A stretch of DNA of 64,000 bases from Macrostomum lignano (taxonomy: Eukaryota): NCBI GenBank assembly GCA_002269645.1, contig NIVC01002418.1, positions 1 to 64,000 on the forward strand, given 5' to 3'. The notes beneath the pieces were generated by a model. The model was not told where the DNA came from. It saw only the letters and a program-made list of their open reading frames with translations, and did not search any database. Within the stretch, counting starts at the first letter, position 1. Each line of letters begins with the position of its first letter. Shown in pieces: positions 47,901 to 61,590 of the stretch. Made by a program: the position numbers and the translations under genes.

Positions 47901-50057
47901 AGGCGGCGCCACAAGAGGCGGCGCCACATCAACCAGGGGTGGCGCTACCGCAACGAGAGGTGGCGGCGCCGCAGCTGCCAAAGGCGCTGCAGCCGCAAAA
48001 GCAGCGACTCCCACTGAACCGTCGGCGCCGCAGACTTCGCAGCAACCGGCAGCCGAATCGGCGCCAGAATCTGCGCCAGTATCGGCGCCACAACCGGCGC
48101 CAAAGCCGTCAAAACCAGCGCCAATTAATCGTCCGAGCGCTGCTGCCCGGTTGACTCTGGCGCGCGCCCTACGCGCCGCGGAGAAGCCGGACGAGGCGCT
48201 GGCCATGTTCGAGGAGGCGCAGAGAATGTCGCCAGGCTGTCACGACGCCTACATCGAGGCCGCCGACATGCTCCTGGCCGGTCCGCAGCCGCTGCGCGCC
48301 GTGGACATCTACTGTCGATTCCCCGTCTCCGACGCCGGCAATCCGTCGTTTGACGACGCGTACATCTTCGGCGAGATTGTCCGCCTTCTGGTTAAGCACG
48401 AGAAGTTCGATGACGCCCGCCTGCCAGAGTACATGATCAAGTGGGGCCGCGTCATGGGACTGCGTGAGTGCGAGCGGCCAGTTGTGCTGTTGCTTAGTTG
48501 TGTTGTTGTTGCTGAGTTGTGTTGTTGCTGAGTTGTGTTGTTGCTTAGTTGTGTTGTTGCTTAGTTGTGTTGTTGCTTAGTTGTGTTGTTGCTGAGTTGT
48601 GTTGTTGCTTAGTTGTGTTGTTGCTTAGTTGTGTTGTTGCTTAGTTGTGTTGTTGCTTAGTTCTGTTGTTGCTTAGTTGTGTTGTTGCTTAGTTGTGTTG
48701 TTGCTTAGTTGTGTTGTTGCTTAGTTGTGTTGTTGCTTAGTTGTGTTGTTGCTTAGCTTTGTTGTTGCTTAGTTGTGTTGTTGCTTAGTTGTGTTGTTGC
48801 TTAGCTTTGTTGTTGCTTAGTTGTGTTGTTGCTTAGTTGTGTTGTTGCTTAGTTGTGTTGTTGCTTAGTTGTGTTGTTGCTTAGCTTTGTTGTTGCTTAG
48901 TTGTGTTGTTGCTTAGTTGTGTTGTTGCTTAGTTGTGTTGTTGCTTAGTTGTGTTGTTGCTTAGTTGTCTTGTTGCTTAGTTGTGTTGTTGCTTAGTTGT
49001 GTTGTTGCTTAGCTTTGTTGTTGCTTAGTTGTGTTGTTGCTTAGTTGTGTTGTTGCTTAGTTGTGTTGTTGCTTAGTTGTGTTGTTGCTTAGTTGTGTTG
49101 TTGCTTAGCTTTGTTGTTGCTTAGTTGTGTTGTTGCTTAGTTGTGTTGTTGCTTAGTTGTGTTGTTGCTTAGTTGTGTTGTTGCTTAGCTTTGTTGTTGC
49201 TTAGTTGTGTTGTTGCTTAGTTGTGTTGTTGCTTAGCTTTGTTGTTGCTTAGTTGTGTTGTTGCTTAGTTGTGTTGTTGCTTAGTTGTGTTGTTGCTTAG
49301 TTGTGTTGTTGCTTAGCTTTGTTGTTGCTTAGTTTTGTTGTTGCTTAGTTGTGTAGTTGTGTTGTTGCTTAGTTTTGTTGTTGCTTAGTTTTGTTGTTGC
49401 TTAGTTGTGTTGTTTCTTGGTTGTGTTGTTTTGCTTAGTTGTGTTGTTGCTTAGTTTTGTTGTTGCTGAGTTGTGTTGTTTCTTGGTTGTGTTGTTTTGC
49501 TTAGTTGTGTTGTTGCTTAGTTGTGTTGTTGCTTAGTTGTGTTGTTTGTTTTGTTGTTGCTTAGTTGTGTTGTTTCTTGGTTGTGTTGTTTGTTTTGTTG
49601 TTTCTTAGTTGTGTTGTTTGTTTTGTTGTTGCTTAGTTGTGTTGTTTGTTTTGTTGTTGCTTAGTTGTGTTGTTTCTTGGTTGTTGCTTAGTTGTGTTGT
49701 TTGTTTTGTTGTTGCTTAGTTGTGTTGTTTGTTTTGTTGTTGCTTAGTTGTGTTGTTTCTTTTGTTGTTGCTTAGTTGTGTTGTTTCTTGGTTGTGTTGT
49801 TTGTTTTGTTGTTGCTTAGTTGTGTTGTTTGTTTTGTTGTTGCTTAGTTGTGTTGTTTGTTTTGTTGTTTCTTAGTTGTGTATAATTTCAACCCCAGACG
49901 GCACACTCTATTCCTAGCCATCCTGGACAAGTACATCGCCACGCTGGAGGACAAGATGAAGACGGGAATCTGCAAGCAGGTCTACGCGGGAGTCAACGGG
50001 CGCTCAGTGGACGACTTGGAGATGCAGGCCTTCTTCAAGGCCAGGTGCTGGGACTGA
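41973..50057 (+). CDS. Large 9-exon protein: two cadherin-like beta-sandwich domains, U-box-like segment, TPR-like helical repeats, RGG/Ala-Pro-rich linker; exons 41973-42134, 42223-42436, 42930-43099, 43802-44408, 44577-44944, 45763-45989, 46680-47563(or 47581), 47786-48463, 49918-50057
   Basis: L.P.F..DVTSY...V.AEDG.T.R.Y.I.V and ASLASL......LEPAFSPEQLSYEC match the cadherin-like beta-sandwich pattern. DPIS...LHRPV...YS.....DP..GSPL is U-box-like. TPR-like segments include HCHVGRLMVARGEYGEAIRRLESALSWQP and LARALRAAEKPDEALAMFEEAQRMSP. All junctions are GT-AG and keep the frame. Confidence 0.85.
44990..45510 (+). repeat. 30-bp intronic minisatellite
   Basis: catgagccttgacagctcaataattcccct, ~17 copies. 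Confidence 0.95.
46075..46600 (+). repeat. ~38-bp G-rich intronic minisatellite
   Basis: ggggcagagagggaaggggtgggtgtctgaactgtgtt variants. Confidence 0.92.
48480..49880 (+). repeat. 16-bp intronic satellite (gcttagttgtgttgtt)n, ~1.4 kb
   Basis: Homogeneous 5' part; variant units (tttgtt, tttcttgg) accumulate toward the 3' end. Confidence 0.97.
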
Positions 50058-51069
50058 TGAGGCCTGGGGATGCTGGGACTGATGAGGACCGGGGATGCTG
50101 GAACTTTTGGAATAATCGGACTGGACTGACGAAACCTCGATAAAGAAATTATCGTAGCTTTTGCATGCCGCCAAAGCGTATACTATTAAATTCTGCATGA
50201 AATGTACTTTTAAAATGTACTTCTATAATATTTTAGAAAACAGTGTTTAGAACAGTGTCAAGTCCTTGCTTCAATCTCGATCTAATCTACGTTCGCACTT
50301 TCAGTATAGAGCTTAGAATCTGCCACTATTCGAATTATAAGTTGCTTCACAGCTTTATTTTGTTTAATTATCATTTTTCATGTTTCTACCGTCCAAATAT
50401 TTTATTTAATGAATTTCGAATTCTAAACTATTATTTTTATGTTTTTACAAATTTAACGAGAATTTTTTTGGCATAAGCTTAAAACAGGTTAGGCTTAAAA
50501 CAGATAAAAAGGACATTATTTTTTCATATTTCTACTTTTAGTAGCGAAGTTCGACTACTGGCTGGTTTTTGAATAATTTTGTTTATCTTACAGTGATAGA
50601 CTAATTTTCTAGGTCACTGCAAGGTCGCTCCAATCTGACTGTTTTTATTTGGACTTGGAGCAGCGATGCTCCCTCAGAACATGCCTGGCATAGATAAAGT
50701 ATACTTTATCTATGATGCCTGGGCCCTCGCTCCATAAGTAAAACATGCACGCGTTGACCTCGTGCGACCTTTGCTGATCTGTTTCTCTTGACCAACTGAA
50801 AAGTGCAACAACAAAGGTAGTTTTGCATTTGCGCATCTCAAATGCCTGCATTCCGCGGCCTCTGCACTGCTGGAAATGGGTCAGTTAGAAACCCAGCCAA
50901 ATACATCCGCAATAAAAACCTTTGCTGTGTACTTTCACAGTTGCTTTTCTTTGCAATCTCACGTATTTTTGCGCCTGACAGTCACATTGACGGCCCAGAC
51001 AATGCCAATGACGCTCCTGACAATTTCACTGGCGCCCCTGACATAAACATCTGTGCACCTGACATAAAA

Positions 51070-51360
51070 ATTCGTGCACCTGACAATCTCATTGGCACTC
51101 CTGACAATTTTATTGGCACTCCTGACAATCTCATTGGCACTCCTGACAATCTCATTAGGGACCCTGACAATCTCATTGGCACTCCTGACAATCTCATTGG
51201 CACTCCTGACAATCTCATTGGGGACCCTGACAATCTCATTGGCACTCCTGACAATATCATTGGGGACCCTGACAATCTCATTGGCACTCCTGACAATCTC
51301 ATTGGCACTCCTGACAATCTCATTGGGGACCCTGACAATCTCATTGGCACTCCTGACAAT
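51070..51360 (+). repeat. 21-bp minisatellite
   Basis: ggcactcctgacaatctcatt, ~13 copies, with degenerate copies from ~50990. Confidence 0.95.
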
Positions 51361-52049
51361 AATTCCTATCGAATTCAATGGCAGCCCTCGATGCCCTCAG
51401 CGCATCACACATGCCTCATTATACTTTGGGTCGAAAGCAACGCATTTTTTCGGAGACGCGATTCACCTTGAAGGCGGCCTCGTGAGACATAATAAAAACA
51501 GCTGCTCTTACCCCTCTTTGCGCGCAGTTTAATTCTAAAAGTGCAAAGCAGAAAAACTGAAAAAGCACAATTTATTCCGAGATTGCGCACGGAAAAAAGC
51601 AGCCTTGGAGAATTTTTGCGCAGCTGGAAAATGGGTCCCTAAGAGTGCTCTAATTCTGACACACAAGCCATAAAGCAGGTTTAGATCTTTACGAGGAGAA
51701 ACGTGCCTGAAGGCCCCTAGCCACATGAGGCTTGTGAATTTATGTAAGCCAACACCTAATCCCATATCGGATTATTCTATAATTGCAGGGGCGTGTCAGC
51801 CAAATGCTGGTATTAACCTGCCATCTCGTACCATCTGTGCGCAGACAAGTTGTGCTGGTGCACCGAGTGCCAGAAGTCAATCAATTCAAGGGTTAATGAA
51901 ACCAGAGGTTTCTGGACTGGAATGGGGAAGCCTCTTATCTCTGTGTTCCCCTATTCTCCCACAGGCATTGGGTAAGGTGTAAACAGATGGCACTCTCAAT
52001 AATTCTACACTCCTTGCCAGTTCAAAAATCGATTATCGAATAAGAGAGA

Positions 52050-52710
52050 GGTTCAGAGTTGAGAAGAGAAGAGAAACAGAGTTGAGAGGAGAGAAGAGAG
52101 AGAGTTGAGAAAAGAGGGGGAGAGGAGAGAAGAGAGAGAAGAAAAGAGAGAGGAGAGAAGAGAGAAGAAAAAAGAGAGGAGAGAGGAGAGAGGATTGAGA
52201 GGAGAGAGGAGAGAAGAGAGAGAGTTGAGAGGAGAGGGGAGAGGAGAGAAGAGAGAGAAGAAAATAGAGAGGAGAGAAGAGAGAGGGTTGAGAGGAGAGA
52301 GGAGAGAAGAGAGAAGAGAGAGAGTTGAGAGGAGAGGGGGAGAGGAGAGAAGAGAGAGAAGAAAAGAGAGAGGAGAGAAGAGAGAAGAAAAAAGAGAGGA
52401 GAGAGGAGAGAGGGTTGAGAGGAGAGAGGAGAGAAGAGAGAGAGTTGAGAGGAGAGGGGAGAGGAGAGAAGAGAGAGAGAAGAAAATAGAGAGGAGAGAA
52501 GAGAGAAGGTTGAGAGGAGAGAGGAGAGAAGAGAGAAGAGAGAGAGTTGAGAGGAGAGGGGGGAGAGGAGAGAAGAGAGAGAAGAAAAGAGAGAGGAGAG
52601 AAGAAAGAGGAGAGAACAGAGAGAGCTGAGAGGAGAGAAGAGAGAGGCAGGGCTAAGATGAGAGGAGAGAAGAGAGAGGCAGGGCTAAGATGAGAGGAGA
52701 GAAGAGTAAG
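52050..52710 (+). repeat. GA-rich simple/low-complexity repeat
   Basis: gagaggagagaagagaga variants with an internally repeated block structure. Confidence 0.95.
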
Positions 52711-53169
52711 AACTGATCAAGCACGAACCAGATAGGTGGTGGCAAAGCATTTGAATTCATACCTATCTAGAATTAATTCAGTCAGTGAATGCAGACGAAT
52801 ACGACACCAATGCTAGCAGGCTCTGCTTCAGACAGGAAGGCACAGACACGAGCCGTGCAAAACCAGCCAGAGGGGGGGGGTGCTGCAGCTGGCGCGAAAG
52901 CGGATTTTTAGATCATATCGAATCACTCAGAGGGTATTCTCGGAAAACAAAAATGGCTGAGACAGACATGCTCTCGCGAGCCTGTGCCGAGGGCCACAAT
53001 GTCATTAGTATCAGGTATCACCTGCAGCTGACTTGATGAGGCATTTTCCAGGTCGGGGGGTTCAATTAGCGAATGGCCTGGATTTTGGCGCGGCAAAAAT
53101 ATAACGCCTGAGAGCGGTATCGAATATCAGTGTCACCTGCCAACATGCCCGTGAGAAATTCTCCATTTG

Positions 53170-55690
53170 AGCAGTGCCTCATGAGCTCATGACCATCTGA
53201 GCAGTTCCCCATGAGTTCATGACCATGCGAGCAATTCCTCATGAGTTCATGACCATCTGAGCAATTCCCCATGAGTTCATGACCATCTGAGCAATTCCCC
53301 ATGAGTTCATGACCATCTGAGCAATTCCCCATGAGTTCATGACCATCTAAGCAATTCCCCATGAGTTCATGACCATCTGAGCAATTCCCCATGAGTTCAT
53401 GACAATCGGAGCAGTTCCCCATGAGTTCATGGCCATCTGAGCAATTCCCCATGAGTTCATGACCATCTGAGCAATTCCCCATGAGTTCATGACCATCTGA
53501 GCAATTCCCCATGAGTTCATGACCATCTGAGCGATTTCCCATGAGTTATGACAATCGGAGCGGTGCCCCATGAGTTCATGACAATCGGAGCGGTGCCCCA
53601 TGAGTTCATGACAATCGGAGCAGTTCCACATGAGTTCATCTGAGCAATTTCCCATGAGTTCATGACCATCTGAGCAATTCCAAATGAGTTCATGACAATC
53701 TGAGCAATTCCCCATGAGTTCATGACAATCAGACCAGTTCCCCATGAGTTCATGACAATCGGAGCAGTTCCCCATGAGTTCATGACAATCGGAGCGGTGC
53801 CCCATGAGTTCATGACAATCGGAGCAGTTCCCCATGAGTTCATGACAATCGGAGCAGTTCCCCATGAGTTCATGACAATCGGAGCGGTGCCCCATGAGTT
53901 CATGACAATCGGAGCAGTTCCCCATGAGTTCATAACAATCGGAGCAGTTCCCCATGAGTTCATAACAATCGGAGCAGTTCCCCATGAGTTCATGACAATC
54001 GGAGCAGTTCCCCATGAGTTCATGACAATCGGAGCAGTTCCCCATGAGTTCATGACAATCGGAGCGGTGCCCCATGAGTTCATGACAATCGGAGCAGTTT
54101 CCCATGAGTTCATAACAATCGGAGCAATTCCCCATGAGTTCATGACCATCTGAGCAATTCCCCATGAGTTCATGACAATCGGAGCAGTTCCCCATGAGTT
54201 CATGGCCATCTGAGCAATTCCCCATGAGTTCATGACCATCTGAGCAATTCCCCATGAGTTCATGACCATCTGAGCAATTCCCCATGAGTTCATGACCATC
54301 TGAGCGATTTCCCATGAGTTATGACAATCGGAGCGGTGCCCCATGAGTTCATGACAATCGGAGCGGTGCCCCATGAGTTCATGACAATCGGAGCAGTTCC
54401 ACATGAGTTCATCTGAGCAATTTCCCATGAGTTCATGACCATCTGAGCAATTCCAAATGAGTTCATGACAATCTGAGCAATTCCCCATGAGTTCATGACA
54501 ATCAGACCAGTTCCCCATGAGTTCATGACAATCGGAGCAGTTCCCCATGAGTTCATGACAATCGGAGCGGTGCCCCATGAGTTCATGACAATCGGAGCAG
54601 TTCCCCATGAGTTCATGACAATCGGAGCAGTTCCCCATGAGTTCATGACAATCGGAGCGGTGCCCCATGAGTTCATGACAATCGGAGCAGTTCCCCATGA
54701 GTTCATAACAATCGGAGCAGTTCCCCATGAGTTCATAACAATCGGAGCAGTTCCCCATGAGTTCATGACAATCGGAGCAGTTCCCCATGAGTTCATGACA
54801 ATCGGAGCAGTTCCCCATGAGTTCATGACAATCGGAGCGGTGCCCCATGAGTTCATGACAATCGGAGCAGTTTCCCATGAGTTCATAACAATCGGAGCAG
54901 TTCCCCATGAGTTCATGACAATCGGAGCAGTTCCCCATGAGTTCATGACAATCGGAGCGGTGCCCCATGAGTTCATAACAATCGGAGCAGTTCCCCATGA
55001 GTTCATGACAATCGGAGCGGTGCCCCATGAGTTCATGACAATCGGAGCGGTGCCCCATGAGTTCATAACAATCGGAGCAGTTCCCCATGAGTTCATAACA
55101 ATCGGAGCAGTTCCCCATGAGTTCATGACAATCGGAGCGGTGCCCCATGAGTTCATAACAATCGGAGCAGTTCCCCATGAGTTCATAACAATCGGAGCAG
55201 TTCCCCATGAGTTCATGACAATCGGAGCGGTGCCCCATGAGTTCATGACAATCGGAGCAGTTCCCCATGAGTTCATGACAATCGGAGCGGTGCCCCATGA
55301 GTTCATGACAATCGGAGCAGTTTCCCATGAGTTCATAACAATCGGAGCAGTTCCCCATGAGTTCATGACAATCGGAGCAGTTCCCCATGAGTTCATGACA
55401 ATCGGAGCGGTGCCCCATGAGTTCATAACAATCGGAGCAGTTCCCCATGAGTTCATGACAATCGGAGCGGTGCCCCATGAGTTCATGACAATCGGAGCGG
55501 TGCCCCATGAGTTCATAACAATCGGAGCAGTTCCCCATGAGTTCATAACAATCGGAGCAGTTCCCCATGAGTTCATGACAATCGGAGCGGTGCCCCATGA
55601 GTTCATAACAATCGGAGCAGTTCCCCATGAGTTCATGACAATCGGAGCGGTGCCCCATGAGTTCATAATCATTTGAACAATTCCCCATGA
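53170..55690 (+). repeat. 30-bp satellite array (~2.5 kb) with higher-order duplication
   Basis: Unit catgagttcatgacaatcggagcagttccc. Rare variants recur at a 773-bp interval. Confidence 0.98.
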
Positions 55691-56213
55691 ATTTGTCACT
55701 ATATCAGCAATTCCCCCTTCAGTAAATCGCATTTATTTCTGATGCAATTCGCCTTTCCTGTGACGTTCGCTGCAGACGTCATATCTGACGTAAAACATCG
55801 CGAGCAAAACTTAAAAAACATGACACCGAAAGAAGACGCTCAAAATTAAGAATCAGTTTTTTTCGGCCGAACTCTAAAACCTGATGAAGCTTTAATTTGC
55901 GCATTTCTTGTCCAAAAACATCAAACAGCCCACTGAACTTGTAATCAATTGAAATCCAAAACCACACAGAACTGACAAACCATTTCCATTCTCAGTGCGC
56001 ATGAAACGCGATGACAGCCGGCCTGCCTGCACCAGATTCCGGCCAGCTGTGTGCTGCAATCAGCCAGGCTGCAACTGCCGTGACGTCGTGGGAACCCGCC
56101 AAACTGACACTGCAGTGCTGGGCTGCGGCTGAACCTGAGCTGAAACAGGTCTGTGCACTTTTATACTGACAGGGCTTGCTGCAGCAACTGGGGCCATCTG
56201 CGTCAGCTGCTGT

Positions 56214-56990
<777 letters not shown>

Positions 56991-57479
56991 CCCATTGCAG
57001 AGTCAGAACGCCGTCTCAACTGACCCAGTTTTTCCCAACACGATTTTGCTGTTCCCGGTAAACAGCAGACGGACAAAGACAAACAAAGCTGCAGTCATTT
57101 CTGCTATAAATATCCCCTGTAGCTGCAACGCGCAGGAATCCCATTAACCGAGCGGTCCCACCCCCCCCCTCGGCGTCGGCACGCGTTCCCGAATCGGTGT
57201 CAAGTTTCGAGGTGCCGCACGGCTAAACAATTCCCATTATGGGAATTTTGGGATGCAAAAGCATGCCAGCCTGAGTCGCGCACTTTTGCCAAGCAAAACC
57301 GCGGCTTGCCTTGCCATGAATTGCGGACAGCAACAAACAAATGGAGTTTGCAGTTTGGGTACAGAACGAGTTAGGAAATTCGAGAGTAATTTGAAAACCA
57401 GCTGGATTTTTTCTTTAATTTTCATGTTGCATTTAATTGTTTCTGAAATACATGGAAATTATTAAGAACCACATTTTTA

Positions 57480-57800
57480 GCACTCCTGTCCCTCACTGAG
57501 CACTCCTGTCTCTCACTGAGCAGTCCTGTCCCTCACTGAGCACTCCTGTCTCTCACTGAGCACTCCTGTCTCTAATTGAGCACTCCTGTCTCTAATTGAG
57601 CACTCTTGTCCCTCATTGAGCACTCCTGTCTCTCACTGAGCACTCCTGTCTCTCACTGAGCACTCCTGTCCCTCATTGAGCACTCCTGTCTCTCATTGAG
57701 CACTCCTGTCTCTCATTGAGCACTCCTGTCCCTCACTGAGCACTCCTGTCCCTCACTGAGCACTCCTGTCCCTCACTGAGCACTCCTGTCTCTGACTGAG
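57480..57800 (+). repeat. 20-bp minisatellite
   Basis: gagcactcctgtc(c/t)ctca(c/t)t, ~16 copies. Confidence 0.95.
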
Positions 57801-58639
57801 CGTCCCAGATCTTTTGATTGACTTTCAGTCCTTTTCCACGCCTTTCTATCCATCTTTTCCATCTGTCTCCTCTCTCATTTATCTTTATTTTCTGTAGTCG
57901 TTCACTTCCACCCCTGTCTCTCTCTCTCTCTCTTTCTCTCTCTCCCTCTCTCAGCTGCATTTTCTCATGCATGCCTAATAACGTGTATCCAATTATCTGC
58001 AATCAGCAGCTCCATAACCAGACAGAAATTGCAACAGTATCAGAAGAGACTCGCTCCTCAGCAACCCAGTTGCATGCAGCAAGTGCTTGCGAAGCCGCCC
58101 ACTCGCGGCCTGGGCCTTATCAATAAACAAATTAGCTAGCAACAAATCGAACTCATACAGTGTGGCAAGGCCAAGCAGGGAACCAAACGAACTGTTTTGG
58201 TGCGCACTCGGTGTACGCGACCCTGGGCTCTGTTCACACTGCAGTTAGACTAACTCTGTTTACTCATTTAAATCAAATTTAGCTTTCTTAGACATTTCTG
58301 CAATTAGATGCCTTTAATTACCATTCAGTTAAACTCATAGAGCGCATATTTCTGTATCAGCTAATTATTAATAGATTTTGTTAAACTATTTCAAGTTAAA
58401 CAAAAGGTTATCATTTCACCTGTGCTAACAAAGGTTGATATTTTCAGGCGGCAATCTTTGTTATACCTGATGCAGCAGTTTCCGTTCAAGCGGCTGTTTT
58501 TGAACTGTCTGGGCAATTTTAAACCTGTGCAGTGCGCTTTCTCCGTGAACTGGTGGGGCACATTGGGGACAAATGGCTTCCTGTGCATGCATGCTTGGAG
58601 GTGCAGTCCTGCCTGAGCTTACTGTAAAAGAGTAGCTTG

Positions 58640-59060
58640 TTGGGGGAGGGGTCAGCTGACGCCCTAAAGCAGATTGTTGGGTGGGGGGGGGTCAGCTGAC
58701 GCCCTAAAACAGATTTTTGGGTGGGGGGGGGGGTCAGCTGACGCCCTAAAGCAGATTGTTGGGTGGGGGGGGGTCAGCTGACGCCCTAAAGCAGATTGTT
58801 GGGTGGGGGGGGGTCAGCTGACGCCCTAAAGCAGATTGTTGGGTGGGAAGTCAGCTGACACCATGGAGCAACTTATTGAGGGGGTCAGCTGACACCCTAG
58901 AGCAGATTGTTGGGTGGGGGGGGGTCAGCTGACACCCTAAAGCAGATTGTTGGGTGGGGGGGTCAGCTGACGCCCTAAAGCAGATTGTTGGGTGGGAAGT
59001 CAGCTGACACCATGGAGCAACTTATTGAGGGGGTCAGCTGACACCCTAGAGCAGCTTGTT
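58640..59060 (+). repeat. ~40-45 bp minisatellite with variable poly-G
   Basis: ggggggtcagctgacgccctaaagcagattgttgggt variants. The unit contains the palindrome tcagctga. Confidence 0.92.
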
Positions 59061-61104
59061 AGGGTTCAGGTGACCCACTGATGCGCAGTTAACCTCTAAA
59101 CGATATGAATTATGAATATAAAGGTACCCAGGTACTACTTCTCTTGATTAAAAGTAATTTCAAAGCTCCCGTAGGTGTGCTTTCCAGCAACAGTTACACA
59201 GCTCATAAAGAGATAGTGCCCTGCTTTTGCTAAATATTTCTGCAACAACAGATTACAAAAAATCGATTGCGTAATCTGTTGATGCAAACTCGATTTTCAA
59301 CAGCGGTCCAAACTGAAATTGTTTGCTAATTGAGATTAGCAGGTCAAGCTTACGCAACAGAGAGATCGGAGCTGGCGATTGCACCGGTGAAGCCCACAGA
59401 CTGCAAGCAGGTGCTGCTGTTTGTTTTACGAGGCAATTCTTTAGAAAAAAGGAAGTAGAATCATTGTGTCGCAAGTCATTTAGCCATACGTCCCAGACGA
59501 GCAGAAACACGTGGATGGAAAGTTACCGGTTTGGCACCGACAACAAAGATTCAAAGATTTTAGGCCAGGTCTTTGTTTGCGTTGTTGGGTCCATAGAAAA
59601 AACAGTCGGCATATGCGTGGCACAGGCGTAGCGGCTAAAATATATATTGCCCTGCCCAATTTGGCACGAGTCTCTGTTCCATGCAGCTCGATTCAAACCC
59701 GAACAAAGACCGAATGAGATAAGAGGGCGTCTCAGTTGAGGCGGCGAACAAAGACGCCCAGCATATTTTTCCCTTTCCTCCACCTGTGCCAATTCCCAAT
59801 CCCAATTATGTGTTTTCCCCACGCAAGCCCCGTCGGAAATTCGGCCTCTCAATTTCGATTCTTCGGAGCTGAGGTCTTTGTTATTCATTCAATATTCGCT
59901 CAGTTCCCGGACCCGGAGACCGCGGCGGCGAGGGCAGGTGGGGAAGTGAGAACTGAGGCCGAGGCTGGAAACAAAGACTTCTATAAACCTCACCAAATCA
60001 ACTTATCGCTCGCTATATCACAAAGACTTCAGTGCTCAGGGACAAAGGTCTCGCAATGGGGTGTCTTACGCAACAACCTAGACTTCTCACCCGCTTCCAA
60101 TACTTGGCACGCGCTCTCAAGACCTGTCTATCATCAGGTTTCGACCCCTCATACAAGCTCAAACTTTGATATGCTGTCAAGGCTTAAAACGACTCGATAT
60201 AGCTATCCTCAGAGATATGAGTTGGCACACGAGTTGGGGTAGGTCTTTGTTCGGTCAATTCAGCCAAGCCAGTCCGATGGAGCAAAGATGATGAATTAGA
60301 AGAGGGATTGGGGAAGGGAGTTGGGTTGAGCGGGACTCAACTCAACAGCACTGCTCACTGCTGGTTTGGCCGTAGCAACATCTGCCCGAGGCATCACTCA
60401 AGACCCGCTCTCTTCAGTTTACCTTCAGTCTTTTTACTCCAATGTCTTTCTTCGTCATTTCTGTCTCCAACTCGTTCTGTCAAAATCTTTCTTTCTACTC
60501 TATCCATACCGGATACGATAAGTGAGTCACGCTATGCACGGCCTCCCAGCTCAAACTGACTGTCTCCTAGTGCCGTCTAATGCACACCTCACTGCAAATA
60601 TTCCATCCATCCTCTTCCCATCTCCGGAGTCGCCTCAATTCTCTAGAAGCTTTAAGAGCTCTTTCTTCTGAATCCGATCTTGCTGTCACCAATGCCCCCC
60701 CACTGAGCTCTCTGCATGGTGTTTTCTCCCCCGGGGCTGGGGGGGGGATCGAACATCTGAGGCAGCGCGCCTGCAGTTCATCCCTTCTAAATCCCGTTTT
60801 TAGCCTCCCTCAGGCCCGCGGGGCTAACTCCCGATTATTCCCCTTTCACTCGCCTGACTGCTCTTTCATCTTAGACCCTATAGTTTCCCATCTCCCCCCC
60901 TTTCTCCTTTGCGAGCCCGCATCAATCGCTTTCGCGTTTCGAGCAAAATCCTAATTATGCTGTTTCTCCCGGGAGACTGTCTTTGCCCTTGCACTGCCCT
61001 CCACCACTAATTAATGATGTTCGATACACGCGAAAGCTTGCAGGCCTGATGTGAATGAAAATTATACAATGTATAATGACGGGAGCGTGCCGAGCAGTCT
61101 TGAC

Positions 61105-61590
61105 GATCTAAACTGGGATGTGAGGAGATCTAAGCTGGGATGTGAGGGGATCTAAACTGGGATGTGAGGGGATCTAAACTGGGATGTGAGGGGATCTAAA
61201 TTGGGATCTAAACTGGGATGTGAGTGGATCTAAACTGGGATGTGAGGGGATCTATAAACTGGGATCTAAACTGGGATGTGAGGGGATCTAAATTGGGATC
61301 TAAACTGGGATGTGAGGGGATCTAAGCTGGGATGTGAGGGGATCTATAAACTGGGATCTAAACTGGGATGTGAGGGATCTAAACTGAAATGTGGGATCTA
61401 AACTGAAATGTGGGATCTAAACTGAAATGTGGGATCTAAACTGAAATGTGGGATCTAAACTGAAATGTGGGATCTAAACTGAAATGTGGGATCTAAACTG
61501 AAATGTGGGATCTAAACTGAAATGTGGGATCTAAACTAAGATTTGAGGAGATCTAAACTGGGAGGGGGATCTGAACTGGTATGTGGGATC
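61105..61590 (+). repeat. Compound ggatctaaact-based minisatellite (19-22 bp units)
   Basis: ggatctaaactgggatgtgagg units change to gggatctaaactgaaatgt units. Confidence 0.92.

Noticed and set aside
43945-48399. Many overlapping antisense and alternative-frame ORFs
   Set aside because: Shadows of GC-rich exons of the 9-exon gene, or translations of intronic minisatellites (44959-45636, 46186-46578).
52105-52629. Arg/Glu-rich 174-aa ORF
   Set aside because: Translation of a GA-rich simple repeat. The same applies to the ORFs at 15831-16132 and 43180-43614.
53066-55732. Long ORFs (up to 723 aa) with Cys/His repeats (ELMGNCSDCH) resembling a metal-binding protein
   Set aside because: They result from a 30-bp satellite that is stop-free in several frames on both strands, with no unique flanking coding sequence or splice context.
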